In this document: in pieces, positions 12,501-23,385 of the stretch | Position numbering within the stretch: the first letter of the stretch is position 1 | Layout of the letters: every line of letters begins with the position of its first letter | NCBI GenBank assembly: GCA_002269645.1 | Contig: NIVC01002544.1 | Coordinates: 1-64,000, forward strand | DNA: 64,000 nt | Direction of reading: 5' to 3' | DNA from: Macrostomum lignano | Taxonomy: Eukaryota | Position numbers and translations under genes: made by a program | Notes under the pieces: generated by a model | Told to the model about the DNA's origin: nothing | Database searches by the model: none | What the model saw: only the letters and a program-made list of their open reading frames with translations

Positions 12501-13870
12501 TAACATTGCACGGGTTTTCGTTAGTTTGCTGTTGTTGCACGGCCTGTTGCAACCGAGTTTGAACTTTTGGTCTGCTCGAGCTTCGCTGATACGGCGCTTA
12601 GCAACAGAGTGTGTTTTCCTTAGTTACGGATTGTTTCTTTACGGTCTCTCCGAGGCAGTCAGTTTTAATTATTCCAACCCAATCAATACGCGCTTGTTTT
12701 GCTACTAATAATAGCTTTGGCAGTAGTGTATTTGGAGTTGTTTATTAATAAAATTTCTGATTGCATAGCTTCTGCCTTCTGCCTTTTTTGTCTACTAAAA
12801 CTGCCTGGTGTTTATGCTGTTAGCCCGTGCTACCAATACTATCCAATTTAATTACCTTAGCCATCTATTTAATGCCAGATAGATCAAGTGAGCGCTTTTT
12901 CTCTTGCAACTAGAATTCTTGCTAGTCTAAAAAACTGCACTGATTAATTTTTTTTCAATGAATGAATATAAAAATAGCAACGTACTCATCTTACTACTGT
13001 CGCCGGTCTGTTCGAGTAGAGTTCAGTTCGGAAGCTTGCCCCACCCACTTTAGATCCGCTAAGCTTCATCAGCCAGCTTTTTGTTATAAATTAGCGTTAT
13101 TATAGTCTATGCTATAGTTATTATTATTTGAATCAAATATAGTTATAGACAATTTCGCAGTTTCTATCGCTTTTCGCTACTGTCAGTAGCGGTTAGGAAA
13201 TATTTTAATTTTAGGAAAATCAAGAACGGCCAGCTGCACGCTCTGTTTGTATTCCTGCGTATTAATATTATTATTATTATTATTACTACTTATAACCTTT
13301 CCGCGTTACTAACTGTTTATAATAAATAAACAATTTCAAATATTAAAAATATTGTCAATCTGCAATCTGCTTGTTTTTCAACAGTGAAAGGAGTTTGGCA
13401 TGCTGAAAATGTTTGTGTTTGTCTCCCTGCCGTTCAGTGACTTTGCTTTGTTCTGCATGCCGCCTTTGACAGCGTGGCCTGCATGTTTTTACACAGTTTT
13501 TTGGCTTTCCCTGGGCTGGCAAATCCGGTTCGTTTCAATGTAAAGTTACAAGGAGTGTCACAAATGCAGAAGTATACTGCTGTAACATTATGTACAGTCA
13601 TTAGAAATTCACATATCTATTTTGGCTAGGCATGTACATTGCTTTGAAAATGTACAGTGCTGTATGGACAAATCTATATTCAGTGGGTTAGAAAAGTACA
13701 TTGTGGTCACAAAAGTACACAGTAAGTGCACTCGTAAGTGCACTGACAGTAGCAGCATGGGATTTCAATTCGTTGACAAATCCGCAGACGAGCTGCTTTC
13801 GGAGAAGGACCGCTACAAAGGCATCAGCGAGGAGCTGGACCAGACCTTCGCCGAGCTCACTGGCTATTAA
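435..13870 (+). CDS. TPM: Tropomyosin, long (muscle-type) isoform, 284 aa, 7 exons
   Basis: Exons 435-500 (or 435-496), 589-762, 5352-5485, 6622-6810, 8280-8418, 11536-11605, 13788-13870; 855 nt, GT-AG, phases match. MDAIKKKM...[17 protein letters not shown]...[18 protein letters not shown]...[12 protein letters not shown] is the lophotrochozoan tropomyosin pattern. Confidence 0.95.
589..762 (+). CDS. TPM: Tropomyosin exon 2a
   Basis: [14 protein letters not shown]...EKRASD, then GTAAGT. Confidence 0.9.
2675..2815 (+). CDS. TPM: Tropomyosin alternative first coding exon 1b
   Basis: [31 protein letters not shown]...NLRTQ, phase-0 GT at 2816. Confidence 0.85.
2675..12388 (+). CDS. TPM: Tropomyosin, short (non-muscle-type) isoform, 251 aa, 7 exons
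   Basis: Exons 2675-2815, 5352-5485, 5691-5808, 7839-7985, 9667-9729, 11867-11936, 12306-12388; 756 nt, GT-AG, phases match; each exon is paralogous to a muscle-track segment. Confidence 0.85.
3109..3513. mobile_element. Degenerate MITE with CAGTGGC-type ends
   Basis: Left TAGTGGCAAAGCTAGGA, right CCCTGGCTCACTACTG; possible TSD AACAGATA / CATAGATA. Confidence 0.35.
4055..4430. repeat. Diverged ~145-bp tandem repeat, about 2.5-3 copies
   Basis: CATAGTCACCT recurs near 4060, 4201, 4352; CCCACTGTCAAG recurs. Confidence 0.6.
5352..5485 (+). CDS. TPM: Tropomyosin shared exon 3
   Basis: [19 protein letters not shown]...[10 protein letters not shown], then GTGAG. Confidence 0.95.
5691..5808 (+). 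CDS. TPM: Tropomyosin short-track exon (residue block 4)
   Basis: [26 protein letters not shown]...RYEE, 118 nt. Confidence 0.85.
6194..6589. repeat. (GACA)n microsatellite
   Basis: Intronic, upstream of tropomyosin exon 6622. Confidence 0.95.
6622..6810 (+). CDS. TPM: Tropomyosin muscle-track exon (blocks 4+5 fused)
   Basis: [15 protein letters not shown]...[21 protein letters not shown], 189 nt. Confidence 0.95.
7097..7465. repeat. 20-bp minisatellite
   Basis: Unit CTAAAATCCCAATCTGACAG. Confidence 0.9.
7839..7985 (+). CDS. TPM: Tropomyosin short-track exon (blocks 5+6 fused)
   Basis: [20 protein letters not shown]...[12 protein letters not shown], 147 nt. Confidence 0.85.
8280..8418 (+). 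CDS. TPM: Tropomyosin muscle-track exon (blocks 6+7 fused)
   Basis: [26 protein letters not shown]...SERLKA, 139 nt. Confidence 0.95.
8586..8945. repeat. 69-bp minisatellite, ~5 copies
   Basis: AGTTTAGC at 8591, 8660, 8729... Confidence 0.9.
9667..9729 (+). CDS. TPM: Tropomyosin short-track exon (block 7)
   Basis: [21 protein letters not shown], 63 nt, AG/GT flanks. Confidence 0.85.
10310..10463. mobile_element. 154-bp palindromic (foldback) element
   Basis: Arms GCGCAACC..TTTCTATTGGCAACACACAC..GTCGCTATTGG and its reverse complement around a central AGTCACGTGACT. Confidence 0.75.
10480..11390. repeat. 24-bp minisatellite
   Basis: Unit GAGAATCACCCATAGACAGCTATT; degenerate copies also at 10180-10300. 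Confidence 0.95.
11536..11605 (+). CDS. TPM: Tropomyosin exon 8, muscle-type copy
   Basis: [23 protein letters not shown], 70 nt. Confidence 0.9.
11867..11936 (+). CDS. TPM: Tropomyosin exon 8, alternative copy
   Basis: [23 protein letters not shown], 70 nt, same phases as 11536-11605. Confidence 0.85.
12050..12270. repeat. Degenerate purine-rich minisatellite
   Basis: GACACAGACAGGAGAAGGG-like units. Confidence 0.75.
12306..12388 (+). CDS. TPM: Tropomyosin short-isoform last exon
   Basis: [26 protein letters not shown]; AATAAA at 12747-12752. Confidence 0.85.
13788..13870 (+). CDS. TPM: Tropomyosin muscle last exon
   Basis: [26 protein letters not shown]. Confidence 0.95.
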
Positions 13871-14634
13871 GCAGCCCCGCCTGGTGGTCGCGGGTTCAAA
13901 TCCTGCGCATGACCTTCGCAACGAGGACAATCCGAAACTACAAGCAGTTTTCTTTTTTTTCAATTTATCAATTTCTCTGTCGCTCTGTTTCACTCCTTTT
14001 TTAACTTTCTCAATTTCTCTCACCTCTGGGCAACAGGAGCTGCGGTCGCGTGCCTCCTTGCACCAGTCTACTTTTTAATAATAACACTACTACTACAAGT
14101 AGCCACTACAGCAATCTCAATGACCGTACTAGTATGCACGCGTATACATTTATAATTAAGTAATAATGGCGCTCGACTCTGCTTCCGCTTTTCCAAGCCT
14201 CCTGAAACTGCAAACCCAAATACTCTTATTCAACTGTACCTGTAACAATTTTAGTTTCAGATTGTTTTACTGTAGTTTAGCGCTTGCCAATGTCTGCATG
14301 CAGTCAGCAGTAACTCAGAAATGCAACAGAATTTTTTTTAAATAGAAAGCTCTGCGCCCTGAGGTACCGTAAAAGTTTTCAAAAGTTGCATTAGTAATTA
14401 AATTTATCTATAAAGTATCTGGCAAAATTGTTCTACCCACAGCTACCGTTTCTCTGGCCAGATTTAAATTAAATTATTTAACTTAAATAAATGCAATTTT
14501 TAACGAGCTAATAATTATGTAGTCGGCTAATTAATACATGACTGCTAATCAGTGTTGGGCACTTCCGTTACCGAGTAACTTGCAAATGGTATACGCAAGA
14601 TTTATACTTAAATGATAAGTATGCCAGTATGGTA

Positions 14635-14688
14635 TTCTTACAAAAATGCAAAAATACTGATGGGTGATGACTAGGCCTATGACCTATG
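14635..14688 (+). repeat. 54-bp inverted repeat, left copy
   Basis: Reverse complement of 21227-21281 with a single 1-nt indel. Confidence 0.85.
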
Positions 14689-14871
14689 AGTGCTAATTGC
14701 TACATTTTTTCAATATTGTCTGCTGTCTCTGAGTTCCGATAGGTGCTTGTGATTTGAAAATTTCTAAACAGGTATTGAATATTCTTTCTGCTATGTGAAT
14801 ATTGGGAAATGCTCATACTAAAAAACGCTCGATTATCGCTCACCGACTGTCTTTCAGATTGTTTGACCAGC

Positions 14872-15357
14872 TGTCAGTCTGCCTGTGCACCTGAGTGCCT
14901 CTATGACTGTTAAGCCTGTCAGTCTGCCTGGCTACCTGAGTGTCTCTATGACTGTTAAACCTGTCAGTCTGCCTGTCCACCTGAGTGTCTCTATGACTGT
15001 TAAGCCTGTCAGTCTGCCTGTCCACCTGAGTGTCTCTATGACTGTTAAGCCTGTCAGTCTGCCTGGCTACCTGAGTGTCTCTATGACTGTTAAACCTGTC
15101 AGTCTGCCTGTCCATCTGAGTGTCTATGACTGTTAAACCTGTCAGTCTGCCTGTCCATCTGAGTGTCTATGACTGTTAAACCTGTGAGTCTGCCTGGCTA
15201 CCTGAGTGTCTCTATGACTGTTAGACCTGTCAGTCTGCCTGGCTACCTGAGTGTCTCTATGACTGTTAAACCTGTCAGTCTGCCTGGCTACCTGAGTGTC
15301 TCTATGACTGTTAAACCTGTCAGTCTGCCTGGCTACCTGAGTGTCTTTCTGACTGTT
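14872..15357. repeat. 45-bp minisatellite
   Basis: Unit CTGTCAGTCTGCCTGGCTACCTGAGTGTCTCTATGACTGTTAAAC. Confidence 0.92.
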
Positions 15358-15674
15358 TAACTAATCCTTTGTCTCGTCAGATTTCTCGTAGCAAATCTTT
15401 CCAAACGTATATATAGTGAGTGCTGCTCTGTGCTCGCGTACTTAAGAGTGCATTTCTAAAAAATGTGTCACTAGAAAGCATCGCACAATTGTTTTGTTTA
15501 TTAAAAGACAGGCATACGATATGTCTATGGCCTCAAAGGCAGAGCGAAATTTCAGCAATTCTCTACCAGGGTCTGCGCAGCAGTTCTGCGTTGCTCATTG
15601 ATTCTGCTGTTAGGAGAAACAGCATAAGTCGGCCAAGTTTGCTTGAGCTAACAGAAGATTGGAACAACAAGGAA

Positions 15675-18600
15675 ATGTCCTTCAACGAGAATGTAAGTTT
15701 ACATTTGTTCCTGTCATGAAGAGTCAGCAAAACGTACAAGCATTGCCCATCGTTCCCTGATCTGTAATACAAAAACGGGAGACATGCTTAGGGTAGTTCA
15801 GGCAAAATCAGCCAATTAAGATAAGACAAACCATATAGCTCGTATACTCGTTTTGTTCTGTTCGCCCAGGCCCGGCCATTCCTGACTCTCCACGTGGGTC
15901 AGGCTGGAGTACAGATCGGCAACGCGATTTGGGAGCTGCTCTGTCTTGAGCACAATGTTCAAAAAAGCGGCCTAGCCAAGCCCGACTGCCCTAGCAACGG
16001 TTTCTATGACGCAATGTTTCTACGCAATCAGAACGGCCATTTCATGCCCAGGTCGATCTTTTTAGATACGGATCCAACGTGTATTGGTAAGCATACGCTT
16101 TATAGGTTAGCTGCTTCTGTCTCTCCTTCATCGTTGAAACTCTAATTTGGAAGCGGCCAATCCGAATCGAAGAAGTAGTTTGCGGAGTGAGGTGGGTGTC
16201 AACAGGGCAGACAGACCAGTTAAAAGGCAGCCAATCAGAATCGGAGGGGTAGCTTGCGGAGTGAGGTGGGTGTCAACAGGGCAGACAGACCAGTTAAAAG
16301 GCAGCCAATCAGAATCGGAGGGGTAGCTTGCGGAGTGAGGTGGGTGTCAACAGGGCAGACAGACCAGTTAAAAAACAGCCAATTAGAATTTGAGTAACGG
16401 ATTTTGATGTCTTGATTAGTCTGAACTGTTTTTCCGCAGACGAGATTCGAGTCGGGCCCTACAGGGAGTTGTTCAGCACCCGGCAGCTGCTCAGCGACAG
16501 CGCGGACTCTGGGTTCAACTACATGCGCGGCCGGCGCGACTTCCGCCGCAACCTCCTGCCGGAAGCAGTTGAAAGGTTTCGCTGGCTCTCTGAGAAGTCG
16601 GATGTGACGCCGACCGCATTTCTTGTTCACAGCACCGGCGGCGGCACTGGCAGCGGCCTGTCGGTGTCCTACCTGGAGGAGCTAAGGTCCGAGTTCGATT
16701 CCCGTCTGCAGGTACTTGAGCTGAGCGTCAGCTCGGGCAACAGCGGCCTGCAGAGCACCTGCGAACTTGTCAACTCGATGCTATACTCATACGAGTCTAA
16801 GGACTACACTTCGTTGTCCTTCTCCGTCACCAACTCGGCCATGTTCAATTTGTGCAGGTCCGGCCTCAGCCTGTACGGTGGCGCCACCTTTGCCCATCTG
16901 AATCGCATGCTCGCCATGTGCTTCAGCAACCTGACCGTGATGGAGAGATTTCCAGGCACCATGATGTGCAACATTGCCAACATTTGCAGCAATGTACTGC
17001 CGTTTAAGTAAGTACTGCGACAGTCACTTGACAAATAGATAATTCAGGATGGCTTTTCAGGATAGTCAGAATGGTCAATATGGGTCAGGACTGTCAAGAT
17101 GGTCAGGATGGGATGGTCAGGATGGTTTGGATGGTCAGTGTTAGTCAGAATGGTCAGGATGGTCAGGATGGGATGGTCAGGATGGTCAGGATGGTCAGGA
17201 TGGTCAGGACGGTCAGGATGGTCAGGATAGTCAGAATGGTCAATATGGGTCAGGACTGTCAAGATGGTCAGGATGGTCAGGATGGTCAGGATAGTCAAGA
17301 TGGTCAGGATGGTCAGGATAGTCAAGATGGTCAGGATGGTCAGGATGGTCAGGATAGTCAAGATGGTCAGGATAGTCAGGATGGTTAGGACGGTCAGGAT
17401 GGTCAGGATGGTCAGGATGTTCAGGATGTTCAGGATGGTCAGGATGTTCAGGATGGTCAGGATGGTCAGGATAGTCAAGATGGTCAGGATGGTCAGGATG
17501 GTCAGGATGGTCAGGATGGTCAGGATGGTCAGGATGGTCAGGATGGTCAGGATGGTCAGGATGGTCAGGATAGTCAAGATGGTCAGGATGGTCAGGATGG
17601 TCAGGATAGTCAGGATGGTCAGGATGGTCAGGATGGTCAGGATGGTCAGGATGTTCAGGATGGTCAGGACGGTCAGGATGGTCAGGATGGTCAGGATGTT
17701 CAGGATGTTCAGGATGGTCAGGATGTTCAGGATGGTCAGGATGGTCAGGATAGTCAAGATGGTCAGGATGGTCAGGATGGTCAGGATGGTCAGGATGGTC
17801 AGGATGGTCAGGATGGTCAGGATAGTCAAGATGGTCAGGATGGTCAGGATGGTCAGGATAGTCAAGATGGTCAGGATGGTCAGGATGGTCAGGATGGTCA
17901 GGATGGTCAGGATGGTCAGGATGGTCAGGATGTTCAGGATGGTCAGGATGGTCAGGATGGTCAGGATGGTCAGGATGGTCAGGATGTTCAGGATGGTCAG
18001 GATGGTCAGGATGGTCAGGATGGTCAGGATGGTCAGGATGTTCAGGATGGTCAGGATGTTTAGGATGGTCAGGATGGTCAGGATGGTCAGGATGGTCAGG
18101 ATGGTCAGGATGGTCAGGATAGTCAAGATGGTCAGGATGGTCAGGATGGTCAGGATGGTCAGGATGGTCAGGATGGTCAGGATGGTCAGGATGGTCAGGA
18201 TGGTCAGGATGGTCAGGATGGTCAGGATGGTCAGGATGGTCAGGATGTTCAGGATGGTCAGGATGGTCAGGATGGTCAGGATGGTCAGGATAGTCAAGAT
18301 GGTCAGGATGGTCAGGATGGTCAGGATAGTCAAGATGGTCAGGATGGTCAGGATGGTCAGGATGGTCAGGATGGTCAGGATGGTCAGGATGGTCAGGATG
18401 GTCAGGATGGTCAGGATGGTCAGGATGTTCAGGATGGTCAGGATGGTCAGGATGTTCAGGATGGTCAGGATGGTCAGGATGGTCAGGATGGTCAGGAATG
18501 TCAGGACAGTCATCAGTTTCAGGATCAAATGGTATTCCGAGGCTTCCCAACCAACCCGCAGGCAGCTGAAGCACCCCATCGTGGCCTGCGCGCCGTTTAC

Positions 18601-20320
18601 TGCAGCCTCGGCAGTCGGCAAGGAGCGCTCGAGCGCCATCGGCATCACTTCGGCTTTGATGGAGCCCGATGGTCAGCTAGCGGATGTGGACCTGCGCCAG
18701 GGCAAGCACATGGCCGGGGCGCTCATCTACCGAGGCGCGGCCAAGACAGCCGACATCGAGCAGGCGCTGCTGTCGCTGCGCGAGCGCGGCCGAGTTCAGT
18801 TCGTTGACTGGGCGCCGTCCAGCTTCAAGACCGGCCTGTCCGAGCTGCCGCCGCTAGCCGTACCGGACAGCGGCATCGCCGGGCTGCCCCTGTCGGTGAC
18901 GCTGGTCAGCAATCACTCGGCCGTGGCATCCCTTTTCCGCGGCCAATCGACCGCAGTCAGGAAGCTGGTCGAAGCCGGCAGCTGCTTCCTGCGCAGCTAC
19001 GAGACGAGCGCCGCCAATGGTTCCGAGGCCGGTGGCGGGTTTGAAGACAGCGGCTCTTCGCAATCGGCTGGTCACAACGTCGGCGGCCGCGGTGGCAACA
19101 TCGTCGGCCTGCTCAAGGAGGCCTCCGACCATTTGGAGGGCCTGGCGCAGGTGTACAGCAGCGAGCTTCCGCCGACCCCCACTGGCCAGCAGGCGAACAG
19201 CGAAGACTCCGGCGGTCCCAAGCGGATCGTGGCGTCACCAATGTCGAGGGCGACAGCCGCCAAGCCGCGCCGGGCCTCGCTGGGTCGGGAGGCGCTGTTC
19301 CCCATCGGGCCAAGTCGATCCGGCCGAGTGCAAGCGGACGAGGAGTCAGCAACCCCGGGCAAAGTCGCCTCTGTGCAGCAGCACTCAAAGGGAAGCGGCA
19401 CCGACGAACGATTCGGTCCTTCGCAGACGCAGGAACTGGACTCGCCGGGCAAAGTCGCCTCTGTGCAGCAACAGTCAACGGGAAGCGGCACCGACGAACG
19501 ATTCGGACCATCGCAGATGCAGGAACTGGACTCGCCGGGCGAAGAGGCAGTGGGCTCTTCAGAAATGAAGCCAGAAAGCCAGTACTCGCCGGTTGCTATG
19601 CAACCGTCACAGGAGTACGGTGCGACAGCGTTCAGCGAAAAAGAGACACTGACAATTGAGAGATCCGATGTGTCCGACAATATGCCGGAGGGAGCGGCGT
19701 CGCCGCAAGATAGCGCGGTCACGCAAGGCCAGCCGGTGACGCTCACGCACACTCAATCATTTTCCACGCCGACCGCTGACAGCGAAGGCGCCACTCCGCT
19801 GGCCAGCGCTCCGCGGCAGGATTATAACGAATTTATATCGAGGCGGCAGCAGAAGCGGGGCGGCGGCGGTGGCGGCGGCGGCGGCTGCTGCCGAAAGCGC
19901 AATAAACAGCCGTCGAAACGGTCCGCCGCCCATCAACGGTCGCGGTCGCAGAATCACGCCAACTCGTGGGGTGCCAAATCCAGCAGGTTCTTCCTGTACA
20001 GCGACAGCAGTAGCAGCCAAGACGACATGCTGGTTGGCACCAGGGACGGCTATTCGTATCTGACCTATCATTCGAGTGCCACTCACAGTTTCAGCTTCCT
20101 GCCCGCAAACGTGGTCAACTCTCAGGTCGAGAGCGACGCGAAATCCGAGCTTGACGAGGCCCTCGACTACGAGTCTGTTGGGTCGAGTGGCGCAGCTACG
20201 GATAGCGCAACTGATCTGGACGAGATCATACGCGACTGCGTGCCCGGACCAATGCCTGTTCTGACCAGCGTCAAGAGAATGGTGCAAAAGTACAATGAGA
20301 TGTTTGCGAAAGAAGGCTGA
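15675..20320 (+). CDS. Highly divergent alpha-tubulin-like protein with long C-terminal extension (~853 aa, 4 exons)
   Basis: Exons 15675-15692 (tentative), 15870-16086, 16440-17007, 18562-20320; 2562 nt. HVGQAGVQIGNAIWELLCLEH, GGGTGSG, LNR and QFVDWAPSSFKTG align with alpha-tubulin along the whole fold. Confidence 0.9.
15870..16086 (+). CDS. Alpha-tubulin-like exon 2
   Basis: LHVGQAGVQIGNAIWELLCLEH...PRSIFLDTDPTCI. Confidence 0.92.
16182..16375. repeat. 74-bp tandem repeat, ~2.6 copies
   Basis: GCGGAGTGAGG at 16182, 16256, 16330 (tubulin intron 2). Confidence 0.9.
16440..17007 (+). CDS. Alpha-tubulin-like exon 3
   Basis: DEIRVGPYRELF...HSTGGGTGSG...NVLPF, then GTAAGT. Confidence 0.92.
17046..18510. 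repeat. 9-bp minisatellite (GGTCAGGAT)n
   Basis: Fills tubulin intron 3. Confidence 0.97.
18562..20320 (+). CDS. Alpha-tubulin-like exon 4 (C-terminal fold plus disordered tail)
   Basis: QLKHPIVACAP...GKHMAGALIYRG...QFVDWAP, then a 384-aa tail. Confidence 0.9.
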
Positions 20321-21226
20321 TTTAAAAAAATAACATGATGCTATGCCATCTCTCGTCATAAAGGGTTAAAACCGCTGTATTTTATGAATTTAAGTTTAAA
20401 ATAAATTGATTTAATTTTCGCCGCTTTTAGCACTGTGTTGGCCACTTGCTTAGCCGCCCAGTTGCGGCCGCGGTGCAATTAATTTATTTAAAATCCACAT
20501 AAAAACTATAGCCCCAATATTAATTTAAACGCACAATGCATGTGCCTGAGGACCTGAATCCGCCCTGTATATGAAAAAATCGTCCGCAAAAACGAAGAAG
20601 GATTCGTCCGCAATTTATGTATTGTAGATCTATAGAGTCTATAGTTCATATATCAAGGAGCTGGATCTTTATCAGACAAAATTCTAAAAGATATTCTCTC
20701 AAATGTCGATTACTTTACGTCTACATATGGAGTCTGCACACCGAATAGGATAGGCCTATTTTCATGTATTCACTCAAAAGACAATTCCAAACCGAGATTT
20801 TCTGCCGTAACTTTATTCGAATAAGAAAAATATAGTACTTATTATTTACCGATTTGTACTTTTTTAAAAGAATATTTATAGGTAAAATGTACTATTTATT
20901 ATTCATGTTTTGCTGATATTGCAATATACCTTTCGTTTTTGTTAACATTTAAGTAAGTTTACAGTAAAAATTTAACACTGTAAAAGTTTTCATTTTTTGC
21001 AATGAACCTCAGCTCAGCTTTGTCGTTACTCGTTAAGGTTGTAGCTTTTGAATAAGGTCCATCCCAGTACCCTTATTACTGTCAGACCTGTGCTAAGTAA
21101 AATAAGGTTTGCAAAAATACGTTTCTAGGAATTCTAAATTACTAATTAGTAGGATGTTTAAAAAATAACTTGATTATATTCATATATGCTTGCTTAGATT
21201 ATACTATAAATCATAGTAACATAGGT

Positions 21227-21281
21227 CATAGGTCATAGGCCTAGTCATCACCCATCAGTAATTTTTGCATTTTTGTAAGAA
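21227..21281 (-). repeat. 54-bp inverted repeat, right copy
   Basis: CATAGGTCATAGGCCTAGTCATCACCCATCAGTAATTTTTGCATTTTTGTAAGAA. Confidence 0.85.
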
Positions 21282-23385
21282 TTTGTAAGATTCTATAAAT
21301 TGCATGCCAGGTGTTGTAGATACACTATTTTCTTAAGAGTGATGCATGCCAACTGTGCATGCCTCCATGTAGTATGCCCAAATTTTGGAGCATTTACTAC
21401 ATGATCCAGAGTATGAATTTTATGCCAATACATATCAAGTATAGCTCTAGGCCATATATATATATAGACACTAAATGAAAGGTATTAGAAAGTTGAAAAT
21501 AGTTTCAAAAAAGTAAATAAAGACTTAATGAATTTAATGCTTAACTATTTCACATATAGATTTTGAAATTGATTTTTAAATGTATTTTTATTATATATTA
21601 TATGGCATTCTTCTCAAATCATTTATTAAACTATTTTTTCCATGTTTTTTTGCATTTCTTCACTTGAGTCTTGTCTTGAGAAGCTGATTTTAGCATGTTT
21701 GGACTTAATGATTAAATGATCTTAGTAAGAGCTTAGTAGCAAGAACAAGTCTGAGTGCTCATACTTCTCCTCTTAACCAAGTAAACCAACCGATCCCTTT
21801 GGGCCATAGACATTCCCAATAGGCATCAGTGCTACATCAGACAACGTGTTAGATTTCTATCCTTCAAAAATTTTTACTTTTTGTTTTACAATTCAGCGTT
21901 GTACTTTTTAATTAGCCGACTCCATTTGTCTACCATGCTCTTCCCCACAGACAATCCCAACTGTTAATTTATTAGTTATTAGTTAAATTTTCAACTTTGA
22001 CAACATGATTCCCACATTTTTGCACCAATCTGAAATAAAAAACTTTGAAACTTTGAATTGTTAGGAATCTTTAGGAATAGCTAAAGATAGAAAAAGTGCT
22101 TAAAAACAAAATTGTTAATTTTACTGTTTTAATAGCTTGGGGGATGTCCAAACATGCTAAAACCAGCTTTTCAAGTGGAAAAATGCAAAAACATTGAAAG
22201 AATAGTTTACCAAACAATTCAAGAAAAATGCCTATTTATAATATATATTAAAATATTATATTATAAAAACCAGTCTAAATCAAAATTTGTAATTGTTGTA
22301 AAGTTTAAAAAGTAGCAGAATAGGATCAAATTAATCTTTTTTCAAATTTATTTGTTGACTTCTTAGAAGCTTATGTTATATATACTTATATGAAAAATAA
22401 TAATAAGATCCTTGCTATTTTCATCTATAAAAATTCAGGTTTGAGATTAGGTTTTTTAGGTCTTAAAAAATCCACAGAATCACCAAATCTCCAAGGCCCA
22501 TTCTAGTTAATTATAGAATTTATAGTTTTATATCACAGACATAGTTTAGCAAATTATATTAAATGAAAGCAGAAGTTCAGTTTTATATACAAATATAGTA
22601 GCTAAAATTTTATAAAATTTAGTTTTTGAAATACTTTTGTAAGTTTATTCTATATTACTAATTGAGTTTTTCTATAAAAATCATAAATTTAGCAATATTT
22701 TTATTAAATATTTTATATTCATTATAAGAATTTAGAAATATGAGTGTAGTTTGAGATTTAAAAAATATAAAATCTTTTAATTTATTAACTTTTTCTATAT
22801 GTCCAGAGATAGGATAAGATCTAGATCTGCCCCAAAATTGATAGTTCCAAAGAGTTCCTAACTCTGCCCAATTTCAAAACTTTGATCCAATTCAACCTTT
22901 ATACTACTTATGCATCTAATAAGGATCCTGATCCATATTACTATAATCCCTAAATAGTTGATCCCATCTAACCTTTACCTATGACTATCTTATCAAGTTT
23001 TAAACTTGCAGTTTTATTTTTGTAGTAAATAGGCCTATTGTATAGGCTTGTATATTCTTTCTTTGTGTAAATAAAACCTAAATTTATAAATATGTAAGTT
23101 GAAAATACCAGCTAATACTTTAAATGACTATGCAAATGTCACACTAAATTCTCACTAAAGTACAATTTTAAATTTCCTCACCTTATATTATTTACCATAT
23201 TCTAATTGGGATAGTTCATTTTTGTTTTAATGTGCAGAAGCTTCTAGGTAGGCCTATTTAAAATGTATGAATACACAGTATCTGCCACCAAAATCTTCAA
23301 ATCTCATGAGACAATTGAAAAATGAAAACATTTGGCGGTTGCAAAAATGCTTGCTACTTTGATTTCCAATTCATGCCCTCCCAAA

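Noticed and set aside
17264-18561. 1018-aa ORF with an (MVR)n N-terminus, and opposite-strand (ILT)n and (DHP)n ORFs
   Set aside because: Translation of a stop-free 9-bp intronic satellite; only the part from 18562 is tubulin exon 4.
18523-18561. Upstream acceptor at 18522 for tubulin exon 4
   Set aside because: In frame, but adds 13 aa that break the alignment. The acceptor at 18561 gives PFKQLKHP, collinear with PYPRIHFP.
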